33,906 nucleotides of DNA from Chromatiales bacterium (GCA_030640985.1 DAOWII010000107.1:1-33906); one strand, 5' to 3'. Shown: positions 9,940 to 20,860, counted from the stretch's first letter. The notes: a model not told the origin generated them from the letters alone. Numbers and translations: made by a program.

Positions 9940-9962
9940 GCCCGGAATTCCACTTGGGTAAG

Positions 9963-10655
9963 TCACTCGACTGGATGATAGTCCAGGTACCCCGACAACT
10001 GCTGTAAACACTGTTTGACGGTCATATGTTCACAGTAAATCGGAGGCAGGTTCTTCATTTTCGCATGCCCACGTATGACCACTGCCGGCAGTACATGCCC
10101 CTTGCCTGCAATCCCATCCAGGCGCACCGGGTGAATTGTACATTCAGCCATCTGGGCCAGGCGGATGACGCCCGCCTTTAGTGGCCGGGGTGGGTCGCTC
10201 TCCAGGTGAATACCGCCATGGGGAAAGACCGCCACCACCTCGCCCGCAGCCAGCGCCCGCAAAGCCTCACGGAAGGCGAGCTCTGGTCGCCCTGACCGGT
10301 CCACTGGAATGCAGCCCGCCGCGTGAAATATCCACTTCAATCCGAAGCGATTGTACTGCTCCATAGCGATGAGAAACCGCAACGGGCGCTTGCTGGCAGC
10401 AACCAGCAATAAGGGATCCAGGCCGGAGATATGATTGGACGCCACCAAAGCGGGGCCTGACTCCGGCAGCGCCAGGGGCTCGTAGGAGAGCCGGTGATAA
10501 CGGTGGCAGAAAATACGCAAAAAGCCATCCACCCGATTGAGCCAGCCAACACCCCAGTCAACGCTATTGGCCCTGTCCAGGATTTTCAGTAAACGCCAGC
10601 ATAAAACCAGCAGCACAAGCAGCAGACAAAAACCCCAGACCCAGCTATTGCTCAT
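9963..10655 (-). CDS. Lysophospholipid (1-acyl-sn-glycerol-3-phosphate) acyltransferase family protein
   Basis: 230 aa with an N-terminal TM helix. It has the HX4D acyltransferase motif (SNHISGLDP) and the downstream FPHGG block. Confidence 0.78.
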   Translation of the reverse strand: MSNSWVWGFCLLLVLLVLCWRLLKILDRANSVDWGVGWLNRVDGFLRIFCHRYHRLSYEPLALPESGPALVASNHISGLDPLLLVAASKRPLRFLIAMEQYNRFGLKWIFHAAGCIPVDRSGRPELAFREALRALAAGEVVAVFPHGGIHLESDPPRPLKAGVIRLAQMAECTIHPVRLDGIAGKGHVLPAVVIRGHAKMKNLPPIYCEHMTVKQCLQQLSGYLDYHPVE

Positions 10656-10706
10656 GCTTCACTTCTCAAGAGTTCTCAAATCAGGTTTTTACCGACTTGT
10701 CTGTGT

Positions 10707-11228
10707 TCATGCCGGTTTGTCGGTAGACTGATAGTTCTTACGCCGGAACAGATCATTGCGCCGACTCACCAGACGATCCAGAAACAGTAAACCATCCAGG
10801 TGATCGATTTCATGTAATACTGCCCGAGCCTCAAAGCCTTCACACTGGTATTCCCGCCACTGGCCCTGATCATCCTGGGCTTTCAAACGGATACGTTCGG
10901 CGCGGATCACGTTACCCGTGTAATCCGGCACTGACATACATCCCTCTCGACCTTTAACCTCACCTTCCTCGGCCAATATTTTTGGATTGATCAGCAACAG
11001 TCGTCCATTATTCGGTACCGGGCGGCGGGCGCCAGAAACATCGACAATAGCAATCCTTTGGAATTGCCCCACCTGGGGTGCCGCAATGCCTACCCCACCG
11101 GGACCGGCGCTCATGGTTTCTTCCAGATCTTTAATGAATGCCTGCAGTGTCCCATCAAATTGGACCACGGGGATAGCGACCTGTTTCAGGCGCTCATCGG
11201 GATAGATAAGAAGGGGGAGCACAGCCAT
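10707..11228 (-). CDS. def: Peptide deformylase
   Basis: 173 aa. All three PDF motifs are present: GVGIAAPQVG, EGCMSVP, HEIDHLDG. Confidence 0.92.
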   Translation of the reverse strand: MAVLPLLIYPDERLKQVAIPVVQFDGTLQAFIKDLEETMSAGPGGVGIAAPQVGQFQRIAIVDVSGARRPVPNNGRLLLINPKILAEEGEVKGREGCMSVPDYTGNVIRAERIRLKAQDDQGQWREYQCEGFEARAVLHEIDHLDGLLFLDRLVSRRNDLFRRKNYQSTDKPA

Positions 11229-11240
11229 AATGAATCTGGC

Positions 11241-11762
11241 TTAACCCATCATGGTTTCGATAGGCGAGAGACTCACTTCAACACCTTCAGTAGCGACAAT
11301 CTCCAGGGCAGAACGCAAGGCCTCAATGCCTTCCGATGCATGGCCTTCGATGTGCATGATATAGATCGGTTTGTCCTCACTGCCAGCCACATCAGATTCA
11401 AGATCCAGAATGTGCAGCCCTGCCTCAGTCAATGCCCCACTCACCTTGGCGACGATACCGCTGCGATCAGCACCATACACCGTGATGCGCACATCGGGCA
11501 GCAAATGCTGGTGCAAATGTGCCTTGATATGATCGACGTGGTAATGCAGCCCCATGGAATCCGCTACAGGTTCAATAACATCGCCCAGCGCCTTGGCTTT
11601 GCCCTCATATTTCACCATTAACATAATGGTGAAATTACCCCCCAATCGCATCATCGAGGCCTCACCCAGATTGCAGCCGGCATCATACAAAGCGGCACTG
11701 ATGTGGGCAACGATGCCAGGGCGGTCATTACCCACCAACGTCAGCATAAACCAGTTATTCAT
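11241..11762 (-). CDS. Tandem ACT-domain protein (glycine cleavage system regulator GcvR-like)
   Basis: 173 aa with two ACT-like repeats (LTLVGNDRPGIVAHISAALYDAGCNL and ITVYGADRSGIVAKVSGALTEAGLHI). Confidence 0.72.
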   Translation of the reverse strand: MNNWFMLTLVGNDRPGIVAHISAALYDAGCNLGEASMMRLGGNFTIMLMVKYEGKAKALGDVIEPVADSMGLHYHVDHIKAHLHQHLLPDVRITVYGADRSGIVAKVSGALTEAGLHILDLESDVAGSEDKPIYIMHIEGHASEGIEALRSALEIVATEGVEVSLSPIETMMG

Positions 11763-11799
11763 TTTTGATCCTCAAAATAATAAGGGAGTCCCTGAACAG

Positions 11800-12282
11800 C
11801 TATAGCGTCTCTGTAAAACCTGAAATGGCAAGAATCAAGGCATCCTCACGCCCCTTATCTCGGGTGGGGTAATATTCTCGCCTTAAACCCACCTGATTGA
11901 ATCCCAGCGATTCATACAAACCAACCGCATTTTTATTTGATGGGCGTACTTCAAGAAAAGTGGTCTCGGCACCGTATGATTCCGCCTGTTCAAGCAGGTG
12001 CCTCATCATCCGTCGACCCAACCCTTTTCCCTGTGCAGGAGAATCGATAGCGATATTCAGTATATGGGCCTCGCCAGAACCATAGGACAGCACGCCAAAG
12101 CCAACAACCTCATCATCATCAGTACAGACCCAGCAGCTATAACCCACCCCTATGCACCCGGAAAAAATACCCTCGGTCCAGGGAGTAATAGCCACTCGTT
12201 CCTCAATGGCCAACACCGTTGGCACATCAGTTTCACGCATAGGGCGCAACACGATTTCCGGTTCTTGTAATAGCGCACTCAT
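11800..12282 (-). CDS. rimI: Ribosomal-protein-alanine N-acetyltransferase (GNAT)
   Basis: 160 aa. The GNAT motif A is IAIDSPAQGKGLGRRMMRHLL. Size and layout are typical of RimI, and it sits next to the UDG-family gene as in other gammaproteobacteria. Confidence 0.78.
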   Translation of the reverse strand: MSALLQEPEIVLRPMRETDVPTVLAIEERVAITPWTEGIFSGCIGVGYSCWVCTDDDEVVGFGVLSYGSGEAHILNIAIDSPAQGKGLGRRMMRHLLEQAESYGAETTFLEVRPSNKNAVGLYESLGFNQVGLRREYYPTRDKGREDALILAISGFTETL

Positions 12283-12303
12283 ATTTTAAATAACCAACGC
12301 GGG

Positions 12304-13137
12304 CTATGCTCCGGCCTGCCGTGAATATACCGACATTGCCAGCTTCAAATCATCCCAGGCCTTGCGCTTTTCTTTGGGTGCACGCAATAAGTACGCAGGA
12401 TGATAGGTGACTATAATGGGGATTTTTTCATCTCCGTAATAATAAACCTCACCACGCATGTGACCAATAGTCTGATCTGAAGACAATATATTTTGTGCCG
12501 CGACCTTACCCAACAGCAAAATAATCTTCGGTTTCACCAGGGCAATTTGTCGTTCGAGAAAGGTTCGACAATTGGCTGCTTCTTGCTGTTTTGGATCACG
12601 CTTATCGGGTAGCCGACATTTCAGGATATTGGCAAGAAAAGTCTGTTCGCGCTTGAGCCCCATTGCCAACAGCATGTTGTTTAGTAATTGACCCGCAGGA
12701 CCGACAAAGGGCTCACCCTGTTGATCTTCCTCGGTACCCGGCGCCTCGCCAATGACCATCCAGTCTGCAGCGGGATCACCGACGCCAAATACCGTCTGGC
12801 TACGATTGGCCACCAGCTCATCACATAGCGCACAAGTGCTGACACGGGACTGCAGTGCATTCCAGTCGAGTAAAGCAACATCATCCTCTTGCGCTAGCCG
12901 TTGCTCCGGAACAAGCTCAGGAGCTTGTCCAGGGGCAGATTTTGGCTGAGTTTCAGAAGACGTATCAAGGTGTAGTGGCTCTGTTTTTCCTGCCTGAACA
13001 GGAGCAACCCTGACGACAGGCTCAGAAATCGCTGGCTCAGCAACAACTTCCGGGGGCGAAGTGGGGGCACTTCCATCTCGAGATTCCCACATCTGGATCC
13101 CCATTGCCTCTAGATATTGTCGCTGTAGATTATCCAT
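12304..13137 (-). CDS. Family 4 uracil-DNA glycosylase with a Pro/Glu-rich N-terminal extension
   Basis: Motif A GEAPGTEEDQQGEPFVGPAGQLL, Fe-S cysteines (CALC ... C), and motif B HPAYLLR. The N-terminus has the RQYLEAMGIQMW motif followed by a low-complexity linker of about 90 aa. Confidence 0.85.
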   Translation of the reverse strand: MDNLQRQYLEAMGIQMWESRDGSAPTSPPEVVAEPAISEPVVRVAPVQAGKTEPLHLDTSSETQPKSAPGQAPELVPEQRLAQEDDVALLDWNALQSRVSTCALCDELVANRSQTVFGVGDPAADWMVIGEAPGTEEDQQGEPFVGPAGQLLNNMLLAMGLKREQTFLANILKCRLPDKRDPKQQEAANCRTFLERQIALVKPKIILLLGKVAAQNILSSDQTIGHMRGEVYYYGDEKIPIIVTYHPAYLLRAPKEKRKAWDDLKLAMSVYSRQAGA

Positions 13138-13252
13138 ATGTGGTTACCTGTCAGTAGGAGCGGCGGCTTTGCACAAACCCCCGTCGCGATTCAAGCTCAT
13201 AAAAGGTCGCAATCATCCCGAGGCTTTGCATAAAGGCAGAACGCCTACCTTT

Positions 13253-14800
13253 TCATACATCCCCACCCTGAGGGTGGGCTCGAGGTGCCGTGGTCAGCAA
13301 TTTATTCAGGGCATTGATATAAGCCTTAGCGGAGGCAATCACAATATCCGTATCAGCCCCCTGACCATTGACAATACGACCGGCTTTTTCCAGGCGCACG
13401 GTCACCTCACCCTGAGAATCGGTACCGCTGGTGATGTTGTTAACCGAATAAAGCAATAATTCGCTACCACTATCAATAATGCTGTCGATAGCTTTCAATG
13501 CAGCATCCACGGGTCCGCCGCCAGAAGAACACCCCGACTTTTCTTCACCCTCCACCCATAAGGTGATATCGGCATGGGGCGTTTCCCCGGTTTCAGAGCA
13601 AACCTTAAGCGCAACCAGTTTGATACTCTCATTAACCGTACTTTCCAGGTTCGCCTCGGTGACCAGTGATTGCAGATCCTCGTCAAAGATTTCGTGCTTT
13701 TTGTCAGCCAAATCCTTAAAACGGGAAAAGGCTTCGTTCAACTCTTCTTCTGACTCGAAAGTCGTGCCCAATTCCTGCAAGCGGCTGCGGAAGGCATTAC
13801 GACCCGAGTGTTTACCCATGACCATGCGATTAGCACTCCAGCCCACATCCTCGGCACGCATGATTTCATAGGTCTCGCGACTCTTGAGTACCCCATCCTG
13901 ATGAATGCCGGACTCATGGGCAAAGGCGTTAGCACCGACGATGGCCTTGTTAGGTTGCACAGCAAAACCGGTAATACCCGATACCAGGCGGGAGGTTGGC
14001 ACAATTTGCGTGGTATCAATATCACTCACACAGGAGAAAACATCTGAACGGGTACGCACCGCCATGACGATCTCTTCCAACGAAGCATTACCAGCCCGCT
14101 CGCCTAGACCATTAATGGTACATTCCACCTGACGCGCACCATTGATCACCGCAGAGAGAGAGTTTGCCACCGCCAGGCCCAAATCATTATGGCAATGTAC
14201 CGAGAACACGGCCTTATCTGCATTGGGCACACGCTCAATAATCTCCCGCACTTTTGCACCAAACTGATCCGGTACGTTATAACCCACGGTATCGGGAATA
14301 TTTATCGTCGTTGCACCGGCAGAAATCGCTGCTTCGATAATCCGGCATAAAAAGTCCATTTCCGAGCGCCCCGCATCTTCGGCGGAGAACTCGACATTAT
14401 CAGTATACTTTCGGGCCCGTTTCACCGCATAAACAGCCTGCTCCAGCACCTTGTCGGGACTCATACGCAACTTGTGTTCCATGTGAATCGGGGAGGTAGC
14501 TATAAAAGTATGGATACGTGAGGAATTGGCATCTTTCAATGCTTCACCCACACGATCAATATCTTTATCCAGCGCCCGCGCCAAACCACACACGGTACTA
14601 TCCTTAATAGTTCGCGCCACCGCTTGCACCGCCTCAAAGTCACCCTGACTGGCGATCGGAAAGCCTGCTTCAATGACATCCACCCGCATCTTCTCCAGCG
14701 CCTTGGCAATGCGTACCTTTGCCGCCCGGGTCATAGACGCACCAGGGCTCTGCTCACCATCCCGCAAGGTGGTATCAAATATAATTAATTTATCGCTCAT
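13253..14800 (-). CDS. leuA: 2-isopropylmalate synthase
   Basis: 515 aa. [37 protein letters not shown], and the C-terminal LeuA dimerisation/regulatory domain. Confidence 0.96.
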   Translation of the reverse strand: MSDKLIIFDTTLRDGEQSPGASMTRAAKVRIAKALEKMRVDVIEAGFPIASQGDFEAVQAVARTIKDSTVCGLARALDKDIDRVGEALKDANSSRIHTFIATSPIHMEHKLRMSPDKVLEQAVYAVKRARKYTDNVEFSAEDAGRSEMDFLCRIIEAAISAGATTINIPDTVGYNVPDQFGAKVREIIERVPNADKAVFSVHCHNDLGLAVANSLSAVINGARQVECTINGLGERAGNASLEEIVMAVRTRSDVFSCVSDIDTTQIVPTSRLVSGITGFAVQPNKAIVGANAFAHESGIHQDGVLKSRETYEIMRAEDVGWSANRMVMGKHSGRNAFRSRLQELGTTFESEEELNEAFSRFKDLADKKHEIFDEDLQSLVTEANLESTVNESIKLVALKVCSETGETPHADITLWVEGEEKSGCSSGGGPVDAALKAIDSIIDSGSELLLYSVNNITSGTDSQGEVTVRLEKAGRIVNGQGADTDIVIASAKAYINALNKLLTTAPRAHPQGGDV

Positions 14801-14927
14801 TCTTTTACTCCGTTCATACGTCCCATATTAGCAGGAGACGTGATCAAATCGAAATGATTGTGGCCCTTCTCAAAAAGAAAAGGCACTTTAGAAAGCTCTA
14901 AACAAGTCATGAACGAGAATCTTGAGT

Positions 14928-15029
14928 CTGAAATTTCCAACTACTTTGTTGCAAAACTACGTAATAGCCAGCTATTGCGTGCGATTTGCACCCAGAAGGG
15001 CATAAACGCCTTGTATTTGGAAATTTCAG
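14928..15029. repeat. 13 bp perfect inverted repeat (ctgaaatttccaa / ttggaaatttcag) separated by 76 nt
   Basis: Read directly: left arm 14928-14940, right arm 15017-15029. The flanks extend the pairing imperfectly (gag...). It lies inside the 483 bp leuA-pssA spacer. Confidence 0.5.
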
Positions 15030-15283
15030 TTCTCAATCTTCCACGCCCAGACTTATTCAGAGCTTCCTTAAATAAATCAGTTTTTGGATTTTCGGCCATA
15101 AGGCCGTGATGAAAGTATGATGCCCTAGGGCAGCAGTCGTAGAGACAGAGCGGGACAGGCACAACGATACACAGGCAAGATACCCGCGTTGAAAGAAGAG
15201 TTTTGAATCGATATGCTCATGGTGTTAACTATAGCGTCAGATGCCTCGTTTGCCAAGGCACATTATTCCATTTTATAACCCTG

Positions 15284-16069
15284 CTACTCCTGTTTGTCCT
15301 CAGTTTTATCATTGCCAGTTTCCTCACTACCACTAGCACGCATCCTGCGTGAACGATATAACATCACAAGGGTGATCACAGGCCCTGAAATAGCATAAAT
15401 CATTGCCATGGAGAACAACACGCGAGGGGGATCCAGAGTAATAAAAACAAATACCAGCACCACAATGAGCATAACGAAAAAGGGTACTTTGCCTTTAAAG
15501 TCCATGTCCTTGAAGCTGTAGTAACGAATATTGCTAACCATCAGGCCACCAGCAAGAATGGTCACGGCGACGGTCCATTTGCCCACCTCACTGCCGGCAA
15601 TGCCATAAACAGTGCCCACCCAGATCAGTCCGACCAACAGGGCCGCAGCAGCCGGACTAGCTAGCCCCTGAAAAAAACGTTTATCTGTACTCTCGCTACG
15701 CGTATTAAAACGAGCCAGGCGCAATGCAGCACAGGCGGTATAAATGAAAGCAGCCAGCCAACCCAGTTTACCCATCACAGACAGTGACCATGTATACATT
15801 ACCAGCGCAGGTGCCAGGCCAAATGAAATCATATCCGACAGGCTGTCATACTCCATGCCAAAATCACTCTGGGTATTGGTCAGTCGGGCAACCCGCCCAT
15901 CCAGGCCGTCCATCACCATTGCCACAAAAATGGCAATGGCGGCCGCCTCGAAACGACCATCCATGGCCGAAACAATGGCATAAAAACCCGCAAACAACCC
16001 GACAGTGGTAAACAGGTTTGGCAATAAGTAGATACCACGACGTGGTTTCTGATTGTTCTCTGTGTCCAT
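15284..16069 (-). CDS. pssA: CDP-diacylglycerol--serine O-phosphatidyltransferase
   Basis: 261 aa polytopic membrane protein with the CDP-alcohol phosphatidyltransferase motif DGLDGRVARLTNTQSDFGMEYDSLSD. Confidence 0.9.
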   Translation of the reverse strand: MDTENNQKPRRGIYLLPNLFTTVGLFAGFYAIVSAMDGRFEAAAIAIFVAMVMDGLDGRVARLTNTQSDFGMEYDSLSDMISFGLAPALVMYTWSLSVMGKLGWLAAFIYTACAALRLARFNTRSESTDKRFFQGLASPAAAALLVGLIWVGTVYGIAGSEVGKWTVAVTILAGGLMVSNIRYYSFKDMDFKGKVPFFVMLIVVLVFVFITLDPPRVLFSMAMIYAISGPVITLVMLYRSRRMRASGSEETGNDKTEDKQE

Positions 16070-16185
16070 AGTTTGGTTACCCCTGCCTTCTCATGGAGCT
16101 GTTCGTTGAATAGCTCGCTGTCACTGACTTCAAAGTATAAACACCCGTAACTTCCGAGTATAAACAAGCGAAGACTGTTTGTGGA

Positions 16186-16824
16186 TCAACTTTTGTGTAC
16201 CAATTGCCCCAGAACACTACTCCCGGATATTACACGCTCGCCTTCTTTAACAGCAAGCCGACTATTGGCGGGTAGCACGACTTCAACCCGACTACCAAAA
16301 AGCACGAAACCACATCGCTGCCCCTGCCCGACCCGTTCGCCAGTATGAAGATAACAGGAAGGAGAGCGTTTCAAGGTGCTGGGATGTAGCAGCAGTAATA
16401 CATCATCTTCTTCGTCGCTTTGCACCCACACAGCATAAGCCGACTGCAATTTTTCCTGCTCCGTCGATGTAGCCCCCGCATACCACTGGCGCTGCACCTT
16501 CCCCTCCATGGGACTGCGTATAGAGTAGATCCCCAGGTTGTTCATGTCGATGACTACTCGCAACATCTCCCGCTGCAGGTGTTCATCTTGCACTGACTCC
16601 ACAGACACCACCCATCCATCCACAGGACTCACCACCGCCAGTGGTGATGAGGATACCTTTCGTTGTGGATCTCGAAACAGGAACAACAACAGAAAAATCA
16701 AAAAAATAAAGATAGTGGCAAGGTTCGTGGCAGAAAAATACAATGCCGCTAAAACTGCCAAAACACAGGGGATAATGAACAGCCAGGCTTCCCGGGCAAT
16801 CAGAGGGTAACGATATGAAGCCAT
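16186..16824 (-). CDS. psd: Phosphatidylserine decarboxylase, short (about 210 aa) type proenzyme
   Basis: 212 aa with N-terminal TM helices and the C-terminal GERVGQGQRCGFVLFGSRVEVVLP segment, which carries the G-S self-cleavage site. It lies directly upstream of pssA on the same strand. Confidence 0.8.
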   Translation of the reverse strand: MASYRYPLIAREAWLFIIPCVLAVLAALYFSATNLATIFIFLIFLLLFLFRDPQRKVSSSPLAVVSPVDGWVVSVESVQDEHLQREMLRVVIDMNNLGIYSIRSPMEGKVQRQWYAGATSTEQEKLQSAYAVWVQSDEEDDVLLLLHPSTLKRSPSCYLHTGERVGQGQRCGFVLFGSRVEVVLPANSRLAVKEGERVISGSSVLGQLVHKS

Positions 16825-16840
16825 TAAAATAGACCTGTAA

Positions 16841-16880
16841 GAAAAAGGCCGGGCATTCTTTTGAATGTCCGGCCTTTTAT
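16841..16880. terminator. Bidirectional Rho-independent terminator downstream of ilvC
   Basis: gaaaaa-GGCCGGGCAT-tcttttga-ATGTCCGGCC-ttttat. The 10 bp stem has one mismatch and is flanked by an A-run and a T-run. On the minus strand it follows the ilvC stop at 16895. Confidence 0.65.
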
Positions 16881-16894
16881 CGATTGTCGTGCGT

Positions 16895-17905
<1,011 letters not shown>

Positions 17906-17986
17906 TTATACTTTCCTTCTAAAAGTTTTAAGTCAAACAACAGTCCTCTCCCGAATGCTTTCCGGGAAAGAAATTCTTTAAAAGCG

Positions 17987-18478
17987 TTAGATATGCAGAG
18001 CCTTATCGCCGCGGGCAATGCCGGAAGCCCCTGAGCGCACCGTCTCCAGGATATCTTTACCCAGAGTGCTAATAAAGGCATCCAGTTTTTCGCCGGTTCC
18101 TGTCAACTCAACCGTGTAGGAGGCATCGGTAACATCGATGACATGACCACGGAAGATATCCGTCAGACGTTTCACCTCATTACGTCGTTCCTCGCCTTTA
18201 GCCTTTACCTTGATCAGCAATAATTCACGCTCGATATGCACACCTTCGGTAAGATCAATCAACTTGACCACATCAATCAGTTTGTTCAACTGCTTGGTAA
18301 TCTGTTCGATGATTTCATCAGAGCCACGGGTGACCAGGGTCATGCGTGACAGTGAGGCATCCTCGGTGGCTGCCACGGTCAGAGACTCAATATTATAACC
18401 GCGAGCAGAAAAAAGTCCTGCCACACGAGACAGGGCTCCCGCTTCATTTTCCATTAAAATCGATATGATATGACGCAT
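17987..18478 (-). CDS. ilvH: Acetolactate synthase small (regulatory) subunit
   Basis: 163 aa. MRHIISILMENEAGALSRVAGLFSARGYNIESLTV is the ACT domain, followed by the ALS_ss_C domain. Confidence 0.95.
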   Translation of the reverse strand: MRHIISILMENEAGALSRVAGLFSARGYNIESLTVAATEDASLSRMTLVTRGSDEIIEQITKQLNKLIDVVKLIDLTEGVHIERELLLIKVKAKGEERRNEVKRLTDIFRGHVIDVTDASYTVELTGTGEKLDAFISTLGKDILETVRSGASGIARGDKALHI

Positions 18479-18490
18479 AGTTCAGGGTTC

Positions 18491-20185
18491 TCAAATCAGA
18501 ATCATTTCGTCCAGCCCGGCGCCGGCAGGCACCATGGGATAAACGTTTTCAGTCTTGTCAGTAACAAAATCCAGGAATACATAGCGCTCCTTCATTTTGA
18601 AAGCCGCTTTGAGTGCACCCTCGACATCAGCGGGATTTTCAATACGCATACCCACATGGCCATAAGCCTCTGCCAGTTTCACGAAGTCAGGCACCGACTC
18701 CATGTAGGAGCTGGCATAACGCTCCTCATAAAAGAATTCCTGCCACTGGCGTACCATGCCCAGATAGCCGTTATTCAAACACACCACCTTGATGGGCAGA
18801 CCATATTGCATGCAGGTAGAAAGTTCCTGGATATTCATCTGAATGCTGCCTTCACCGGTAACACAGGCCACCGTCGCCTTGGGGTGGGCAAACTGTACAC
18901 CCATAGCTGCTGGCAGGCCAAAGCCCATGGTGCCCAGACCACCAGAGTTAATCCAGCGGCGTGGCTTATCAAATCGGCAGAACTGTGCCGCCCACATCTG
19001 GTGCTGTCCTACATCAGAAGTAACAAAGGCATCACCTTTGGTGATTCTGTTCATGGTGTCCAGCACATATTGTGGCTTAATTACCTCCGGCCCTTGCTCG
19101 TACTTAAGACAATCCTTGCTGCGCCATTCATCAATCTGCGTCCACCACTTGGCCGCAGCATCGTTGTCCGCCGACAGCTTTTCAGCCTTGATCTGTTTAA
19201 TCCATTCTTTCAGCACATTGCTGACACCGCCAACAATGGGAATATCTACTTTCACATTTTTGGAGATGGAAGCGGGGTCGATATCCACATGGATAATCTT
19301 CGCCTCGGGCGCAAACTTGGCGATATTGCCCGTCACCCGATCGTCGAATCGTGCGCCAATGGCAACCAGCAGGTCACAACGGGAAATTGCCATATTAGCC
19401 TCATAGGTACCGTGCATACCTAACATGCCAAGGAACTGTTTATCCGATGCAGGGAAACCACCCAGTCCCATAGAGGTATTGGTGACCGGCGTATTCATGA
19501 GGTGCGCCAGCTCGGTCAAGGATTTAGCAGCAGCATCCAGGATCACCCCACCACCGGTATAGAGTACCGGACGTTTGGCAGAAGCGAGCATCTTGGCTGC
19601 ACGTTTGATCTGACCAGAATGACCTTTTACCACCGGATTGTACGAGCGCATGTCCACTGTCTTGGGGTAGACATACTTGGTTTTCTCGGCAGTAACATCC
19701 TTGGGAACATCCACGACTACGGGTCCGGGTCTGCCGGTCGAGGCAATATAAAAAGCCTTTTTCAAAGTCTCCGCCAGATCCGCGACATCCTTGACCAGGA
19801 AGTTGTGTTTCACACAGGGACGGGTAATACCGACGGAATCCACTTCCTGGAAAGCATCATTACCGATCAAGCTGGTGGGAACCTGGCCCGTAATGACAAC
19901 CATAGGGATAGAATCCATATAGGCCGTAGCGATACCCGTTACTGCGTTGGTAGCTCCCGGCCCGGAGGTGACCAGCACCACTCCCGGCTTACCCGTTGAA
20001 CGCGCATAACCATCGGCGGCATGGGTGGCCGCCTGTTCGTGGCGCACCAGAATATGTTGTACCTTGTCCTGTCGGTACAAGGCATCATAGATGTGCAGAA
20101 CGGCGCCTCCCGGATAACCGAAGAGATGCTCAACACCTTCATCTTCCAGAAAACGGACGATGATCTCAGCACCGGACAATTCCAC
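18491..20185 (-). CDS. ilvI: Acetolactate synthase large (catalytic) subunit
   Basis: ThDP enzyme with GYPGG, GPGATN and the [15 protein letters not shown] ThDP-binding motif. I place the start at the GTG ([13 protein letters not shown]), which has aggggag 7 nt upstream and aligns with the E. coli IlvI N-terminus. The track ORF extends to a start at 20245 that I judge unlikely. Confidence 0.93.
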   Translation of the reverse strand: MELSGAEIIVRFLEDEGVEHLFGYPGGAVLHIYDALYRQDKVQHILVRHEQAATHAADGYARSTGKPGVVLVTSGPGATNAVTGIATAYMDSIPMVVITGQVPTSLIGNDAFQEVDSVGITRPCVKHNFLVKDVADLAETLKKAFYIASTGRPGPVVVDVPKDVTAEKTKYVYPKTVDMRSYNPVVKGHSGQIKRAAKMLASAKRPVLYTGGGVILDAAAKSLTELAHLMNTPVTNTSMGLGGFPASDKQFLGMLGMHGTYEANMAISRCDLLVAIGARFDDRVTGNIAKFAPEAKIIHVDIDPASISKNVKVDIPIVGGVSNVLKEWIKQIKAEKLSADNDAAAKWWTQIDEWRSKDCLKYEQGPEVIKPQYVLDTMNRITKGDAFVTSDVGQHQMWAAQFCRFDKPRRWINSGGLGTMGFGLPAAMGVQFAHPKATVACVTGEGSIQMNIQELSTCMQYGLPIKVVCLNNGYLGMVRQWQEFFYEERYASSYMESVPDFVKLAEAYGHVGMRIENPADVEGALKAAFKMKERYVFLDFVTDKTENVYPMVPAGAGLDEMILI

Positions 20186-20431
20186 TCGCGACTCCCCTGT
20201 ATTTAATATAAACCCATCGAACACGGGTTTATAGAATAATAACAATAGCTTAACAATAACTGTTCATTATGGCATTCTGTCCTGGCTACGCCAAGGGGCC
20301 AGACATTATTAGGCCCTATAAATACAAACAAACCTCTTATTCCCCTTGTGTCGAAGCGGTATTCACCCATAATATTCCATACTAGGGTATAAAGTAGTGC
20401 CATACGGCGACACAACACAAGAGGATGAGGG

Positions 20432-20860
20432 ATGAAGCGACTAATAAGCATATGCCTGGTATTCGGCCTGCTGTGGGGGGGGTATGCCCATGGTGCGATG
20501 TATAAATGGACGGATGATCAGGGCAATACCATTTATTCCCAAAATCCTCCCCCTGATCGCAAGGCGAAATCTATTGCCCCCCCTAAACCAGTGACGCCGC
20601 CAACGACAACCAGTAATAGCAGTCCAGCGAACAATGCTGGAGATGCCGCCAGTGAGCCTGAAGGGGGCAACAACAATAAACCCCTGACAAAAGATGAGAC
20701 CTACGCACAAAACTGTGAAACAGCAATGAGGAACCTGCAGCTCTACAATATTTCATCACAGATCATGACACCGGACAAAAAGGTGGTCACCCTTGATAAA
20801 AAGACCCGCGCATCCAAGATCAAAGAGGCGGAAAGTCAGGTTCAACAGTATTGTAAATAA
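20432..20860 (+). CDS. DUF4124 domain-containing secreted protein
   Basis: 142 aa. Signal peptide, then MYKWTDDQGNTIYSQNPPP (the DUF4124 Y-K-W-x-D-x-x-G-x-x-x-Y-S signature), a low-complexity Pro/Thr/Asn linker and a Cys-containing C-terminal helix region. Confidence 0.7.
   Translation: MKRLISICLVFGLLWGGYAHGAMYKWTDDQGNTIYSQNPPPDRKAKSIAPPKPVTPPTTTSNSSPANNAGDAASEPEGGNNNKPLTKDETYAQNCETAMRNLQLYNISSQIMTPDKKVVTLDKKTRASKIKEAESQVQQYCK

Noticed and set aside
9867-10007. A 46-codon ORF (MSKQTIEHPLGRTSPTGPWKGPFFCPEF...) in the kinase/acyltransferase spacer.
   Set aside because: It has a weak RBS, and the frame runs through the intrinsic terminator stem and T8 tract into the convergent gene. A non-coding explanation is more likely.
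18470-19423. A 317 aa ORF on the + strand, and the similar 187 aa ORF at 18843-19406.
   Set aside because: Both lie entirely antisense to the well-supported ilvI gene. The translations are low-complexity (His/Gly/Arg-rich) with no recognisable motifs, which is the typical shadow ORF of a moderately GC-rich gene.
20186-20245. An upstream extension of ilvI to the track start at 20245.
   Set aside because: The extension ([19 protein letters not shown]) has no counterpart in IlvI/IlvB N-termini and no RBS. The in-frame GTG at 20185 has aggggag upstream and aligns with the canonical M-E-x-L-S-G-A-E start.
20246-20431. A possible ilv attenuator: the AAACCC-gtgttcgat-GGGTTT hairpin and the TTGTGTCG/CGACACAA repeat upstream of ilvI.
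   Set aside because: No Val/Ile/Leu-rich leader peptide ORF precedes the hairpin. The stem is only 6 bp and AT-flanked, and it lies within 60 nt of the start codon. This is insufficient to call an attenuator.
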